45,933 bases of DNA, taken from Octopus bimaculoides (lineage: Eukaryota). Shown here piece after piece: positions 23,506 through 36,511 of this stretch. The position numbers and the translations under genes were made by a program. How positions within the stretch are numbered: position 1 is the first letter of the stretch; every line of letters begins with the position of its first letter. The DNA lies in the NCBI RefSeq assembly GCF_001194135.2, contig NC_068987.1, positions 30,140,116 to 30,186,048 on the forward strand, given 5' to 3'. The notes beneath the pieces are model-generated. The model had not been told where the DNA came from. It saw only the letters and a list, made by a program, of their open reading frames with translations, and ran no database searches.

Positions 23506-23735
23506 TTTGTGACACGTGCAGTTAATGTTTTGCTTAAATTTCTTTCGGTTGCTAATTTCAATAGTACTCAGCAGCCACCTGTCAACTTGTCTGTTTCAAT
23601 TCATTTATACTTTCACGCCCAATTTACGTGGCAACTTAGTTAAAAAGTGTCAAATTGGTCCTTATCTTTCCATTTTTTGCCTGTTAAGCTGATCATTATG
23701 CATTCTCATTTAAACGAGAAACCGAACTGATAGAC
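23506..23735 (+). repeat. 230-bp direct repeat, copy 2
   Basis: See copy 1 at 21247-21476. Confidence 0.95.
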
Positions 23736-23787
23736 ACTCTGCATCCCATGATTTCAGTGTTCTCTGGCTTGGGTGGTTATATGCTAT

Positions 23788-24012
23788 TTAACCTTTTAGC
23801 ATTTAAGCCATCCATATTTGCCCCAAACATTCTACCTGTTTTATGTTCAAACTGGCCAGATTTGGCTTCTCCCATCTACTACTCAATGTCATTCTAAAAA
23901 TATACAATCACATCAAAATTTCAAAGCTATGAGATTATGCATGATGAATTCAAAACAATGTAAATAAATAAGCATTACATTTGACAAAATAATCTGAATG
24001 CTAAAGGGTTAA
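23788..24012 (-). mobile_element. piggyBac-like MITE
   Basis: TTAA|CCTTTTAGCATT ... AATGCTAAAGGG|TTAA. Reverse-complement homologue at 25320-25546. Confidence 0.85.
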
Positions 24013-24270
24013 CCCATTGCTTGGCACCCTGACAGGTGCTCCATCTCGGAGCCAGAGTAGACCTGGAAACAATAATGGCGAAGTGGTTCAACACTCCTCA
24101 AAACTCTGGAACTCCTGAACTAGGCCCCCCCCCCCACTACCAGATGCAGTTTAAAATCATACCCGAGGAATAATGAAGATAATATTGGCTAATTTGTTCT
24201 CAGTTGGTATGGCCCAGATGTACCAGTTATAAGTGAGGTGGATGGAGGAGTTCTTAGGGAGGATGTTCAG

Positions 24271-24306
<36 letters not shown>

Positions 24307-24858
24307 AAGAAAGAGAGGGAGAGAGCTATCTGAAGGTGGACCTGGAATTTATCAAGTCAATCTAATTCATTATATCGGACCCCTTGCCAAACTGGAGGGC
24401 TTTTATTTCTGTTAGACACTAGGCAGGAACAAGTTGCAACTGTCTACAACTCTCTAAAATACATTTATACTAGGTCTTTACCTGTCGTTACACTGCCAGT
24501 AAAAATGTTAATCATGCATGTACCTTTTTATAGTAGACTTATATACAGTGAAAGTTTCATTAGTTACTATTGTGACAACAGTTTACCTACTCTCTCTCTT
24601 TCTCCCTCTCTCTCTCTCTCTCTCTCTCACTATTTCTCTCAACAACAACCTGTTTTTCCTTGAAACAAATTTTAATTCTCTCACACACACACACTCTCTC
24701 TAACAACAACAATAATGTATATTTTCAGCCAGTAACTAAATGATGAGCAACATACTGTGTACAAACTAATGATCTCTAAGTACCCTATCAATTAACCCCT
24801 TCTACACTGTCACTATATGTGATGGGTGTTTAAAGAAACCAATCACCCAGCAGATCAT

Positions 24859-25071
24859 TTACTCTTTTACGTGTTTCAGTCATTTGACTGTGGCCATGCT
24901 GGAACACCACCTTTAGTCGAGCGAATCGACCCCAGGACTTATTCTTTATAAGCCTAGTACTTATTCTATCGGTCTATTTTGCTGAACCGCTAAGTTACGG
25001 GGACCTAAACACACCAGCATCGGTTGTCAAGCAATGTTGGGGGGACAAACACACACACAAACATACACACG

Positions 25072-25127
<56 letters not shown>

Positions 25128-25287
25128 TATGAGGGGCTTCTTTCAGTTTCCGTCTACCAAATCCACTCACAAGGCTTTGGTCGGCCCGAGGCTATAGTAG
25201 AAGACACTTGCCCAAGGTGCCATGCAGTGGGACTGAACCCAGAACCATGTGGTTCGTAAGTAAGCTACTTACCACACAGCCACTCCT
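24859..25287 (-). mobile_element. SINE family B with expanded internal (TA)n
   Basis: Full-length reverse complement of the family B sequence. Confidence 0.93.
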
Positions 25288-25319
25288 ACGCTTAATAATT
25301 TATAGTTCAGTTGTTGGCT

Positions 25320-25546
25320 TCAACCCTTTAGTGTTCACATTAGTCTAATTGTAATGTTTATTAATTCACATTGTGTGTGTTTTCAATTAATTATGCATTG
25401 CCTTGTAAGTTTGAGATTTCAGTGATGTGATTGTATATTTTTAGAATGACATTGTAGGGTAGGTGTGAGAGGATGGATCTGTCCAGTTTGAACACAAAAC
25501 ACACAGAATATGTCGGCTGGATATGGCTGGTTTAAATGTTAAAGGT
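25320..25546 (+). mobile_element. piggyBac-like MITE, diverged
   Basis: caaccctttagtgttc...tttaaatgttaaagg; homologous to 23788-24012 in the opposite orientation. Confidence 0.8.
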
Positions 25547-27036
25547 AGCCTTATTTATTTAATATCTCTCTTCCATCCTTGAAAAGTCACATGGATACCT
25601 TAGTGAACAAATCAACATGTAGATCTGCCAAAAACTGAACAATTCAATTGAAATTCTATTTTATTTCCAGTACTTCAGCTAATTGAGTCTGTAAGTTGCT
25701 GCCTTAGAGGCTGAAGGACCTGTGTTTTATAATCTAATTACTAGTGTTATACTGTCTCCATTGCTCATGATGTCTCAGTTGACTGGGCAGGAATTGCGCA
25801 CATACTTGGTTTGATGGCAGGGAATGAGTAAAGAATGCTACACACAGTGAGAGAGACAGAAGAGGAGAGGGAGTAAATGACAGAGAGGAATGAAGATGCA
25901 ACAGTTCAGAACAGTATGAGAAAGCATAAAAAAAATATAGTAGATATAAGTTATAAAACAAGGTAGAAGTAAAAAGAAGTGAGGAGAGAGTATGAGAACG
26001 TGATATGTAGAGGAGAAAGAGCATAGGGGAAGAAGGTGGGGAGAAGCAGGATAGACAGGAGTGGGGTGCAGTCAATTATAAATGTATTATGGAGGAAATT
26101 AAAGCATATCATATTTGAAGACCAGTGAAAGTGGTGTAATAGAATAGAATCACCAATTGGAAATGTATTTGAACAATTTGAAGTGTAAAACTGTTTTATA
26201 ATTGTCTGTAAAATAATTTTATAAGGATGAATAAATATAGATGTATTATTACCAAATGCAAACAGAAAATATGTTGGGTAAAGTGAGACTATATAGACAC
26301 TCAAATAGTGGTGTGTTTGTGTGTATAGATATAACACATTCAAATATACAAGTATTGACGCACGCACACACGCACGCGCGCGTCAATGTATATGCCTTGT
26401 TTCCTGATATTACCCATGGTAGCTAAAGTATACTTACAGAGTTACCTGTCATGATAGGTGACACTCGTTACTATATAATTAATGATGGTAATTTGGTAGA
26501 TTATAAGACAAAGAGGAATAGGCTGAGTTATAAAGATAATAAATACATGGGAAGTACATTTTCAATACTACCTGTTCTGTAATCTTATAGGTTAAGACCA
26601 GGAACAGTGGCAGATTTAGAGTAAAGAGCAGAAAATAGAGCACTTGATACACTTTGTAAAATGCTGGGTACATTGATTCCAATGATAAATTTGGATATTA
26701 TACTACTTCTTAATTCCTGTTTAAATCTTGTTCGTGTCACATTATATTTAACTGATGAATTCTTCAGTGGGTGCTGGCTGCAAATCAGTAAGAATGCATT
26801 AGATTTTAGTCTGAACTAATTTTATTCATATTGCTAAATCCTTTCACATGGTACAGTTAATAGAAATTCATTCTGTTGGTCAGCTGTGAAATTACCAGCC
26901 ATGCAAAATGGCTTAAGATTCTGGCAGGTGTATGGCAGAACTGATAGTGTCTGACAAAATACCATGTGGTATTTGGTTGTTACATTAGGTTCCGTGTTCA
27001 AATCCCTCTGAGGTTCATTTTTCTTTTTAGCTTATC

Positions 27037-27160
27037 TTGTTCCAGTCTTAAGACTGTGGTCATGCTGGAGCACCACCTTGAAGAATTTTTAGTTGAATGA
27101 ATTGAACCCAGTACTTTTTGTAAACCAGGTACTTATTCTATCAATCTTTTCTATTGATCC

Positions 27161-27228
<68 letters not shown>

Positions 27229-27385
27229 ACAGGCTTCTAACAGTTTCCATTTACCAAATCCACTCACAAAGCTTTGGTCAGCCCAAGGCTTATAATACAG
27301 GATACATACCTTAAGTACCAATCAGTGGAACTGAGCCTAGAACCATGTAGTTGGGAAGCAAGCTTCTTACCACAAGGCCATGCCT
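27037..27385 (-). mobile_element. SINE family B, diverged, with (CA)n
   Basis: catgctggagcaccacc...aaatccactcacaaagctttgg...agaaccatgtagttgggaagcaagcttcttaccac. Confidence 0.85.
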
Positions 27386-27954
27386 GCACCAATAAAATGC
27401 TGAAAAAACAAATGTTGTACTGGGGTTGATGTAATTGATTATACTTTAGGTGGTACCTACACTGGCTGCAGTCCAGTGACTGAAATCAGTAATTATGCTT
27501 CTTTTATAATTTAATTCCTTTAATTTTGGGTGAAGTATATTGTTGGTATTCTATGAGGCCTATCAATAAATTCTCGTTCTTTTGCTTTAGTTCTGAAACT
27601 GAAAACATTAAACATATATTGTAGGTAAGGTTGTTTTGAAAGCAATAAAAAATTTGTAGGACACATGAGATCTTTTGTCACCTTTTCAACTGAATATGAT
27701 GATTTCAATTTGAAAACCTGAAATATTAGTAATTCATTTCGTTGATGTTATGGTTTTTTGAGAAGTTAGTAAAGGAAAATGAGAATTGACTTTATAGTTG
27801 TTATTTATTGAAATTATGTCCAGTGTTGAGTTTTGGTAGAGCTATTCATACTCTTAAACTTTTGTTTGAGCTATAATATAGCTGTTTTAATGCAGTATAA
27901 TTTTGTCTATAGTAATTAGTTTCTGTTTGTGAAAATACTTTAAAAATGTATATA

Positions 27955-28179
27955 CAGTAATCTCTTAACTATCGTGGATGTTATGTTCCGAAACCCCCTG
28001 TGATAGGTGAAAATCTGCGAAGTAGAAACAGCACTGTACTGTATATTTTTAAAAATTTATTTTTATAACTTGTATGTATTTATTTTATTATAAATGCAAA
28101 ACAGCACCATGGAGGAATTGACGTCAAGCTTAAATAATAAACCACGCTAGGTGAACCGCGATAAGGCAGGGGATTACTG
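27955..28179. mobile_element. Tc1/mariner (pogo/Tigger-like) MITE
   Basis: TA|CAGTAATCTCTTAACTATCGTGG ... CCGCGATAAGGCAGGGGATTACTG|TA; TA TSD on both sides. Confidence 0.85.
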
Positions 28180-28380
28180 TACATATATGGGAGTGTGTGT
28201 GTGTGTGACAACAAAATTAGTTACTGTTAATTGATATATTCCTGTAGTCAAATGTGAATATAGTTGGTGCTCCATCCAGCATGAATTCCGTGGAGTTAGT
28301 AAAAGTAATTAGATAGTGGAGTTGATACCTTCTTCCTTCTCAAGTATGTGACCCTGAGCCATGACAATGTTAGACGTTAT

Positions 28381-28750
28381 CTTTTAGTTATTTCAGTATT
28401 TGGATTGTGGCCATCTGTGGCATCACCCTGAAGGGTTTAGTTGAGCAAATTGACACCAGTGCTTACTTTTAAGCCTACTACTTATTTTATTGGTCTCCTT
28501 CTGCTGAATTGCTAAGTTATGGAGATGTAAACAAACCAATGCTTATTTTCAAGTGGTGGTGGTGGTGCAGGGATACACTTGCACACACAAACATATGATG
28601 GGCTTCTTTGTTTCCATTTAGCAAATCCGTTCACGAGGCTTTGGTTGACTTCAGGCTATAGTGGAAGTCACTTGCCCAAGGTGCCATGCAGTGGATTGAA
28701 CCCAAGATCATATGGTTGGGAAGCAAATGTCTTACCACACAGTCATGCCT
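28381..28750 (-). mobile_element. SINE family B, old copy
   Basis: ctgctgaattgctaagttatggagatgtaaacaaacc...cacttgcccaaggtgccatgcagtgg. Confidence 0.8.
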
Positions 28751-29216
28751 GTGCCATCATGAAACAAGTCAAATGAAAGTATACAAGTCCTGTCACACCA
28801 GCTTTATCTTATGGCAACAAGATCTTATGTTGTTGCGAGTTAAACAATCAACACATCTAAGGCTCTCATTTAATACTGAGTAAATAATTTTTGTTGATGC
28901 CCTACCTTACAATGTCTTGTCCTGGTGGAGAAACAGTTTTTACTCTGCAAAACATAACTGTAGACCGGAGAAGACTTCCAGGCATAAATTTTATTGAGAG
29001 GAGTATGGCAGATGGACATTTAGAGACCCAATTTTTGGTGACATTACTAATTTTATATCTTAATAAGAATTTCATGGCTGAGAGCTACATCATTGAGACG
29101 GTCTGTTTGTTTACACTCTTCTAATTAACCTCATTACTTATTTTATCAAGCCTACAGTGACATGCTAAATAGTTGCTACATTGTGGCATAGACCTATAAT
29201 AGATATGTCTTTAAAT

Positions 29217-29291
29217 TTAGTTTATAATTACATTTTTGCGATTATAATTAGTTTATAATTACATTGCAGTTATAATTAGTTTATAATTACA
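29217..29291. repeat. ~30-bp minisatellite, about 2.5 copies
   Basis: ttagtttataattacatt(..)gcagttataa repeated. Confidence 0.8.
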
Positions 29292-30439
29292 TCTTATGGA
29301 CAAAAATATTCTGCAGTTAAACAACTATGTTGTAGCACAAACAAAATATTTGATAAGTTTAAAGTAAAACTATAAAACTTTCTACTATATGAATTGATAG
29401 CAAGTTGCAGTGTGTTCAGAAGGGTTTGGAATACTACTTGGGAACAAAGTCTTAATACTGTTAAGTCAATGAATGGGCATTTTCTTAGAATGTAAATGGG
29501 TTATAAATGTACAAAAGCTGGTAAGAAATGTGTAGCCGACAAAGGTTTCATTGGAATATACAGTATGCTAATCTCCTGTGAGTGCTTTTAAATCATTAAA
29601 ATATTATCAAGAGGAAAACATTTTTGTGTATCTCACTTGACAGTAACTTATACGAACATTTAAAAATAACTATTGGTTATCCAACTAACAATAATTTGTG
29701 TATAAGCCTAGTGTTTTCGACAAAATTTTCTTGCTTATTTAAACTGCATGTTCTTAAAAACGGGAAATTTTGGGACTAGATCATATCTGTAAACCTTGCA
29801 AATGAACCAACAATATACCGTGTTTGAAATAACATGCAAATGCAGAAGCAATAGCTTTAGATACATATTCAATCACTTAGTATTTGAAGCAGAAATAACA
29901 GTTGAAAGTAGATTAGTACAAAATAAGTTTCTTATGCCTCAAATGTTTAGTCAATTTTAACATCCAAATATGTTTATACATTGGCAAAAGAAAATAGGTT
30001 AAATGCTCTAATTTTTATGAAGATAGTATAATGAAGTAAATCTTTTGAATTGACAGATCTATTAATACAGGCAATGAGTTTGCGGAATTGATAGTGCATT
30101 GAAGAAAACAGTGTTTTCGTTCTGGTTCAGAAATCCAATCTGGGCTCAATAAAACAAAGCTCATCTGACTTGTGGAATTGATAGAGTACTAGATGAAATG
30201 TTTTGTAGTATTTGTTCCAGTTCTTTTATTGTTCAATGCTTACATTCCACTGAGGTTAGTTTCACCTTTAGTGTTTTTCATAAAATTATCAGTCAAGTAA
30301 TTGCGCCATTTCTCCTCCATTCAGCTATCACATCATTGAGGATCCACTTTATGTCTCAGATATTTGATACATATATATAAATATCTGTGCATGTATGTAT
30401 ATATTATGAAAAGCTTATCTTGTCAACTGTTTCTGTGGA

Positions 30440-32050
30440 GTTTCACCAGTAGTGTTAGGCTGGTTTATCGGTTGTGAACGTATTGCATCACCCAATTTCT
30501 GTCCAACAAACTAGCTTGATGCCTGATCAACTCAAATTATTATACCATGGTATCGAGTTCTTTTTCTCCCATTCATTAATGCCTACATATATTTCCCCCA
30601 TCTCCATCTATGTACAAGACGTGATCTTGCCAATAGTATCTTTTTTAATATGTCTGAGAATATTATCTATACATCCGTTTTTTTTTTTTCCACAATACAA
30701 GAAAGAAACCAAATATCGTTAGTGTTTACTTTAAAAGACAGGACTATCTTGAATCAATATGGAAACCATACTGGTTGTCTGTCTGCATTCTTTGTGTAAT
30801 TATTGCCTTTTTTGTTATTATTATTATTATTAATATTATTATTATTATTATTATTACTTGTAGTCAAAACAGTAAAGGGAAGATTTTCAATCCTTATTGA
30901 TCCTATTCATTTTCTGATTCTACTAGATTTGCTTTGGGAGTATTTCTAGTAATTTTAGCTCAAATTAAATGCTTTCTTCAGCTCCTCATCTGAAATGGTA
31001 AAATTGGTTTACTTTGTGCTTTTGTGAATTGGGTCAATTATTGCAGCTGAAATAAGCCTACTAAAATTGTAATTTAATCTTAGTTGGAACTTTTCCATTT
31101 CAGATATTTTGATTGCTTGAATCAGAGAAATTGTTTCAGATATTTCCATGTAAGACTTTTCAGAAATTTTATACATAATCCTCCTCTGAGGACAATGAAA
31201 ACTAAACCCTCATAAAAAGTGTTGTTTAGCCCTTGTTCAGCTCTGATCAAGCACACCTGTGTTCAGGCATGTCTTTTTTCATCATCTCTTTTTTGTATAT
31301 CTACAACTACATTGGATAAAGTTTTTCTTGTTTTAAGTTGGTAGGGTGCAATTTGAAGGAATTGAGCGACTACTTGTATAGAGGTTAGATATACAGTTTG
31401 CTGAGTGTATGAGATACTATTTGTACATGAGTTCTCAGTTCTTAAACTATTACAAGCTTGCATATTTCTGTTAATTTGGTTTCATTGTTACCTGTGATGG
31501 TCTAGCTGCCTCTGTACTGTAACAGTTCTCTCACAGCTACTTATTGTCAATAATGTTCAAAGTAACTGCGAACCTTGAAAATTTTATTTATTTTTAAGTG
31601 ATTGCTGAAGACTTTTTAATGTGATATTCTAATGGTGGTATATAAATATCTGACATTGTTTCACACTACCATCTAGTCCTTTTCAAGAAGTCACACCAGG
31701 TCTTCAGTAATCTATGTGCCTCGGAACCCAATAAAAGGATTTATGGTCTTCGATTTTTCTTTTCTAATTCACAAAAATTAAGTGTTATAGTATTATGAAT
31801 AGGTGCTTTTATATTTTGTGTTGAAATTTTGTTGGAATTGTCTTTCTATTTCTTAATCTGATAAAGTACCAGAAATGGCTTCAGTGAGTTCTCTGCTACA
31901 TGTACTAAGAACTGGCTGATTTTAGTCAGCTACAAATCTATGTATCAGCATTGTAACTGGAGGATTAACATGTTAAACCATTGGGGCATTATTGATTGGA
32001 GCCAAGAACTACTTCATCAGTTTAAAAGCAAATATAAAAATTTGTAGACC
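30440..32050 (-). pseudogene. Highly decayed RTE-like LINE (endonuclease, linker and thumb remnants)
   Basis: Manual minus-strand reading: FN.NPPVTMLI (~31950), VDIQKRDDEKRHA (~31280), FTISDEELKKAF (~30985), NGC...ILRH..YWQDHV (~30630-30680). Many stops and frameshifts. Confidence 0.5.
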
Positions 32051-32385
32051 TTGATTCTCTTGAAACATAAAACTGATTGTAAAAATATTTACCAGTGGCT
32101 TCCAGTATGAATTGGATTGGACTTTGACAAACTGTTCAACTTATACCAACAAGGAAAACTGACATATGATGATGATGATGATGATGGTTGAAGTTGACAT
32201 TGTTGTTAATGATGCCTAGTATTTAAATTTTACTGAGGTTGTTCAGTGTATTTAGTTAAATCAACTCAAACAAGTTCAAAAGTTGGCTCCATTAATGCCT
32301 TACTTTTAGCCTGCCTTGATTATTGAATTTATTGTCTGTAAAAAATGTGGATTGATCTACTTACTGTATCTGTTTAATTAAAGTA

Positions 32386-32598
32386 TACTCTTTACTCTTT
32401 TACTTGTTTCAGTCATTTGACTGCGGCCATGCTGGAGCACCGCCTTTAGTCGAGCAAATCGACCTCTGGACTTATTCTTTGTAAGCCTAGTACTTATTCT
32501 TTCGGTCCCTTTTGCCGAACTGCTAAGTTGCGGGGACGTAAACACACCAGCATCGGTTGTCAAGCGATGTTGGGGGGACAAACACAGACACACAAACG

Positions 32599-32632
<34 letters not shown>

Positions 32633-32798
32633 CATATATACAACGGGCTTCTTTCAGTTTCCGTCTATCAAATCCACTCACAAGACTTTGGTTGGCCCGA
32701 GGCTATAGTAGAAGACACTTGCCCAAGGTGCCACGCAGTGGGACTGAACCCGGAACCATGTGGTTGGTAAGCAAGCTACTTACCACACAGCCACTCCT
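32386..32798 (-). mobile_element. SINE family B, full length, apparently young
   Basis: Intact head (ccacacagccactcct), CORE-like segment, internal (CA)(TA) and TTTTAC-type tail. Confidence 0.95.
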
Positions 32799-33721
32799 GC
32801 GCCTATAGTAGAATTTATGTGGGTATATTCACTTTGTGTGTGTGAAAATAAACTTAGTGTAGGCAGGAATGGCTGAATGGTTAAGAAACTTACTTCACAA
32901 TCATGATATCCTGGGCTTGATACTACAATACAAAACTTTCAAATCTAGACACAAGTTAACCCAAACCTTGAGAGTAAAATTGGATATAGGGAAATGGTGT
33001 AGAAGCTTTTTGGTTGAATTATCTGTCATTAAAGGGTCCAACCTTGTCATGCTGAGTCAGCTTGAGGAATATATTAATGGTACAAAGGTCTGTGAAATAC
33101 TCATACATATGTAATACAATGTCTGGTTCCATTGATCAAAACAGCTCATAGACTCTGTGGAAATTGATCCAGTAGCATTGCTTTTTATTGGTGTATTTGT
33201 GTTCATCTACTATTATGTCAAGTAAATTGAAACTCCCACATCTAAAGTAACATTGTATAGAATATGTATGTGGGTGATTTAAAGTGATATATTTGAAAGA
33301 TCTGTTTAATCTATATCAGTAGGGAAAGTGTTTACGAATGGATCATTCAACAGTTTCTCTTCTATTCACAAAATAAATGTAACTGTGAGTGAAAATATTT
33401 TCTCTTTATCAGTTTAGGAAACTATCTGCTTGCTTTGCAACTGGAACTAACAACTATTTTCCTCTGTTTAAAGTAACTGTTAGTTATTTTAGTCAAATGT
33501 ATAGATTGCTGGTGCATTAGGCAGCACTAAATAATACAGTACACAATTGTTTTCTAAAATTTTATTCACTAGACACCTACAGATGTTTTTTTCAAGTGCT
33601 TAAATCAATCCAAACATTTATCTAAGTTAGTATTAACCTACTTAATACAATGAACATATTTGTTAACATAAACTTGACTGTTATTTTTCATGTAGATGCT
33701 ACCTCAGTGTTTTATTTATTA

Positions 33722-33860
33722 CTAGCTTAAAAGCCGCACTATGTGCGGACTTTTAACTCCTGTGGAGGGATAATTGAGCCTGTGTCCCAAAGCTCAATTA
33801 TGTCCTGTGTTTAGCTCCTGTGGAGGGATAATTGAGCCTGTGGCCCAAAGCTGAATAGAA
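33722..33860 (-). mobile_element. Small Helitron-like element with internal 38-bp duplication
   Basis: Minus strand ends gtCCGCACataGTGCGGcttttaagCTAG|T. Direct repeats at 33757-33794 and 33815-33852. Confidence 0.6.
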
Positions 33861-34349
33861 GAATAATAGTAATAAAGCATCTATTGGTACTTTACCAATA
33901 TGGTATTACTTTAAATTCAGTTTAAATGAAAAACTTTAAGTTCACAAATTTTTGGAGTTCTTTTAAAATTTGAATTTTCAACTGTTAGCATACAACAAAT
34001 CTTCATTCAGATCTCAATGCTGGTTGTTCAAGAACCAAATGAAGGGAAGATTTTTAATCCCAGGATCATCTTGATTCCAAAAAGGTGTATGTCTATGTAG
34101 AGCAAATGTAGATTAAGATACAGGGGTCCTAGATGGACAGAGAGACAGGCAGAATTTCATGTTTATTATTATATTTACTAGTTTATATATTTATCAATAT
34201 GAAGGTTAACAGAAACTCATTTGTTAAATAATAATTTCATAGTTAAGTGTAATACTTCCTTACCAACTGGTAATTTTAAGGTTGAATGGTATTTAAAATG
34301 TGAAGATTAGCATGAATTTAATTCTCATTAATTGACATGTTCACTCGCT

Positions 34350-34575
34350 CAATGCTCTTGCTTGATGAGGCTGGAGTCATCCCAGGTTAGTGGCCCCAGA
34401 AACCCCATCATGTATAGAGCCAACCATGTTCACCAGTGCTGTCCATCGCTGGTGGTCCTGTGCCAGCCCCTCTGCATCTTCGAAGTTGATGTTGAACCTT
34501 TGGAAATCCTCCCCAATCACGCCCAGCCATCAAATGGTACCATCACATCCCCAACAAAGAACTGCACGCACGCGC
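34350..34575 (-). pseudogene. RTE-like LINE C-terminal fragment with an inverted upstream piece
   Basis: Minus strand: WLGVIGEDFQRFNINFEDAEGLAQDHQRWTALV...*. Plus strand from 34529: IKWYHHIPNKELHAR. Confidence 0.6.
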
Positions 34576-34817
34576 GCGCGCGCGCGCGAAAGTTCCTGTG
34601 GTTTCTAATAATGAAATTCAACTAGGAAGTGTTTCCAGTTTGGTTTACAAACACAGACAAATAATGAATGAGCTGTTAAATGATACTGGACAGCTGTAAT
34701 TTGAGACCAAATCGAGAAATAAAATAGCAACTTAGGAGAGATCAGGAAAATAGTGGTGCCATTAGAATATCAGAGACCAGTTGAAGAATAGCAGACAATC
34801 TTAAGATAACCTGTAAT

Positions 34818-35028
34818 ATTGATTTAAAATTTTGGCACAAGGCCAGCAATTTCGGGGGGAAAGTCAGTCACATCAATCCTAGTACTCAACTGGTACTTAT
34901 TTTTATCAAACCCTGGAAAGATGAAAGGCAAAGTTGACCTTGGCAGAATTTGGACTCAGAATGTAAAAATTAACAAAATGCTGCTAAGCATTTTGCCCTA
35001 TGTGCTATTGATTCTGCCAGCTTGCCAC
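34818..35028 (-). mobile_element. SINE family C, diverged
   Basis: ttggcacaaggccagcaatttc...gatgaaaggcaaagttgaccttggcagaatttggactcag...gattctgccagcttgcc. Confidence 0.85.
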
Positions 35029-36205
35029 AAGATAACATGTTATCATCACATGTAGACATTGTGGTTTGTGTATCATCAGTGGTTCTACTGTTTTGTTTTT
35101 AATGTCACAGGTATATATAAATGTAATGATGTACTTTATTCATATAACCTTTGTATCCAACAGCAGCACTCTTCCTTTTAAATCGTCAAATGTCTAAAGC
35201 AAATATGAGATTTGTTTCAAGATGTTATTAAATCTGTATATCTTTTAAAGTTACATTTGTTTTAACATTTTTTCCCCCCTTTTGTTGTTTTCTCTCTGTT
35301 GGGCAAGTTTGGAGTACTTACATCACCCCTTTTCTAGATCCTGTTTTTATCTCAACATTATTTCTTTTGTCTTCCACTGCCAATGTGTAGCACTCCGTTT
35401 TCTAGCCACATCACATGTTCATACCAGTGTAGTCATCTCTCCTCAATACCCCATCCACTTAGACAAGTAATGTCTTCAATACCCAGCTGCTAGTCTCTAC
35501 TCAACCTTATAAGTGTGTGTGTGTGTGTGTATTTATATATATAAATATAAAATGTATGTGTATCTAATGAACTTTATAGCTTCCTTTAGTCATTTCAGTC
35601 ATTTAAACAAGCTAAATTCAATTTATATATTTCTAAAGGAAACCAAAGATTATTGCTTCGTCTCAGATGGCAAATAAACAATGATGTCATCAGTAACCTC
35701 ATTTTTTTTCTGAAGGAAAGAGTTACTAGAATGCTAACCATCTGCTGTATGGAATTAGCCAGAAGTTGTATCCGATTTTAGTTCAAGCTGGGGAAATATT
35801 TAAAGAAGAAATGCCCCCTCCCCACCTGTACCAATTCAATTATAGCTAAAACATCTGAGGTATATTTGGGGAATCTTTGCTAATGAATTAATGCTATGTA
35901 AACAGTGTTCTATTCAACCATCTGTTGTAATAGTTGATAGAAATTGATGAGAAATGGATTCTTCAAAATATAAAAAAAAGAAAATTGTCACATGGCTGCC
36001 AGCATTGTTAATTAAATCCATCTGCTAGTAATAGCAGCTAATTCTTCTACAGATCACACCCTGCTGTATAAAATAAGAGGTTGATACAGTGTACTCTAAG
36101 ACATGGCTCTGAAAAGACTTGATGGCCATGGCTGGAATTGAGGTCACCTGAATCAGAGAGTGGTTGTGACAATGCAAAAAAGAAAAAAAACACTGCAATT
36201 TATAT

Positions 36206-36511
36206 AGGCATGGTTGTAAGGTAAGAAGCCTGCTACCCAACTACATGGTTCCAGGTTCAGTCCCACTGCATGGCACACACACACGCGCGCACGCGCACGC
36301 GCACACACACGTTTTTCTTCCCACCATTGCTTGACAACTGATGCTGGTGTGTTTATGTTCCTGTAACTTAGTAGTTCAGCAAAAAGGACTGATAGAATAA
36401 GTACTAGGATTACAAAGAATAGGTTCTGGGGTTGATTTGTTTGACTAAAATCCCTTAAGGTTGGTCTCCAGCATGGCCACAGTCAGACGACTGAAACAAA
36501 TGAATAAAAGA
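36206..36511 (+). mobile_element. SINE family B lacking the CORE-like segment
   Basis: The head ...ggttcagtcccactgcatggcac jumps straight to the (CA)/(CG) tract; the 3' half is intact. Confidence 0.8.

Noticed and set aside
21247-23736. LTR retrotransposon interpretation of the 230-bp direct repeats
   Set aside because: No TGG-type PBS, no polypurine tract, no TSD, no internal gag/pol remnants recognised, and copy 1 does not end in CA.
26588-26630. tag|G TTA AGA CCA as kinesin exon 2 (R-LRP)
   Set aside because: An in-frame TAA follows after about 10 codons and the residues do not resemble a motor domain.
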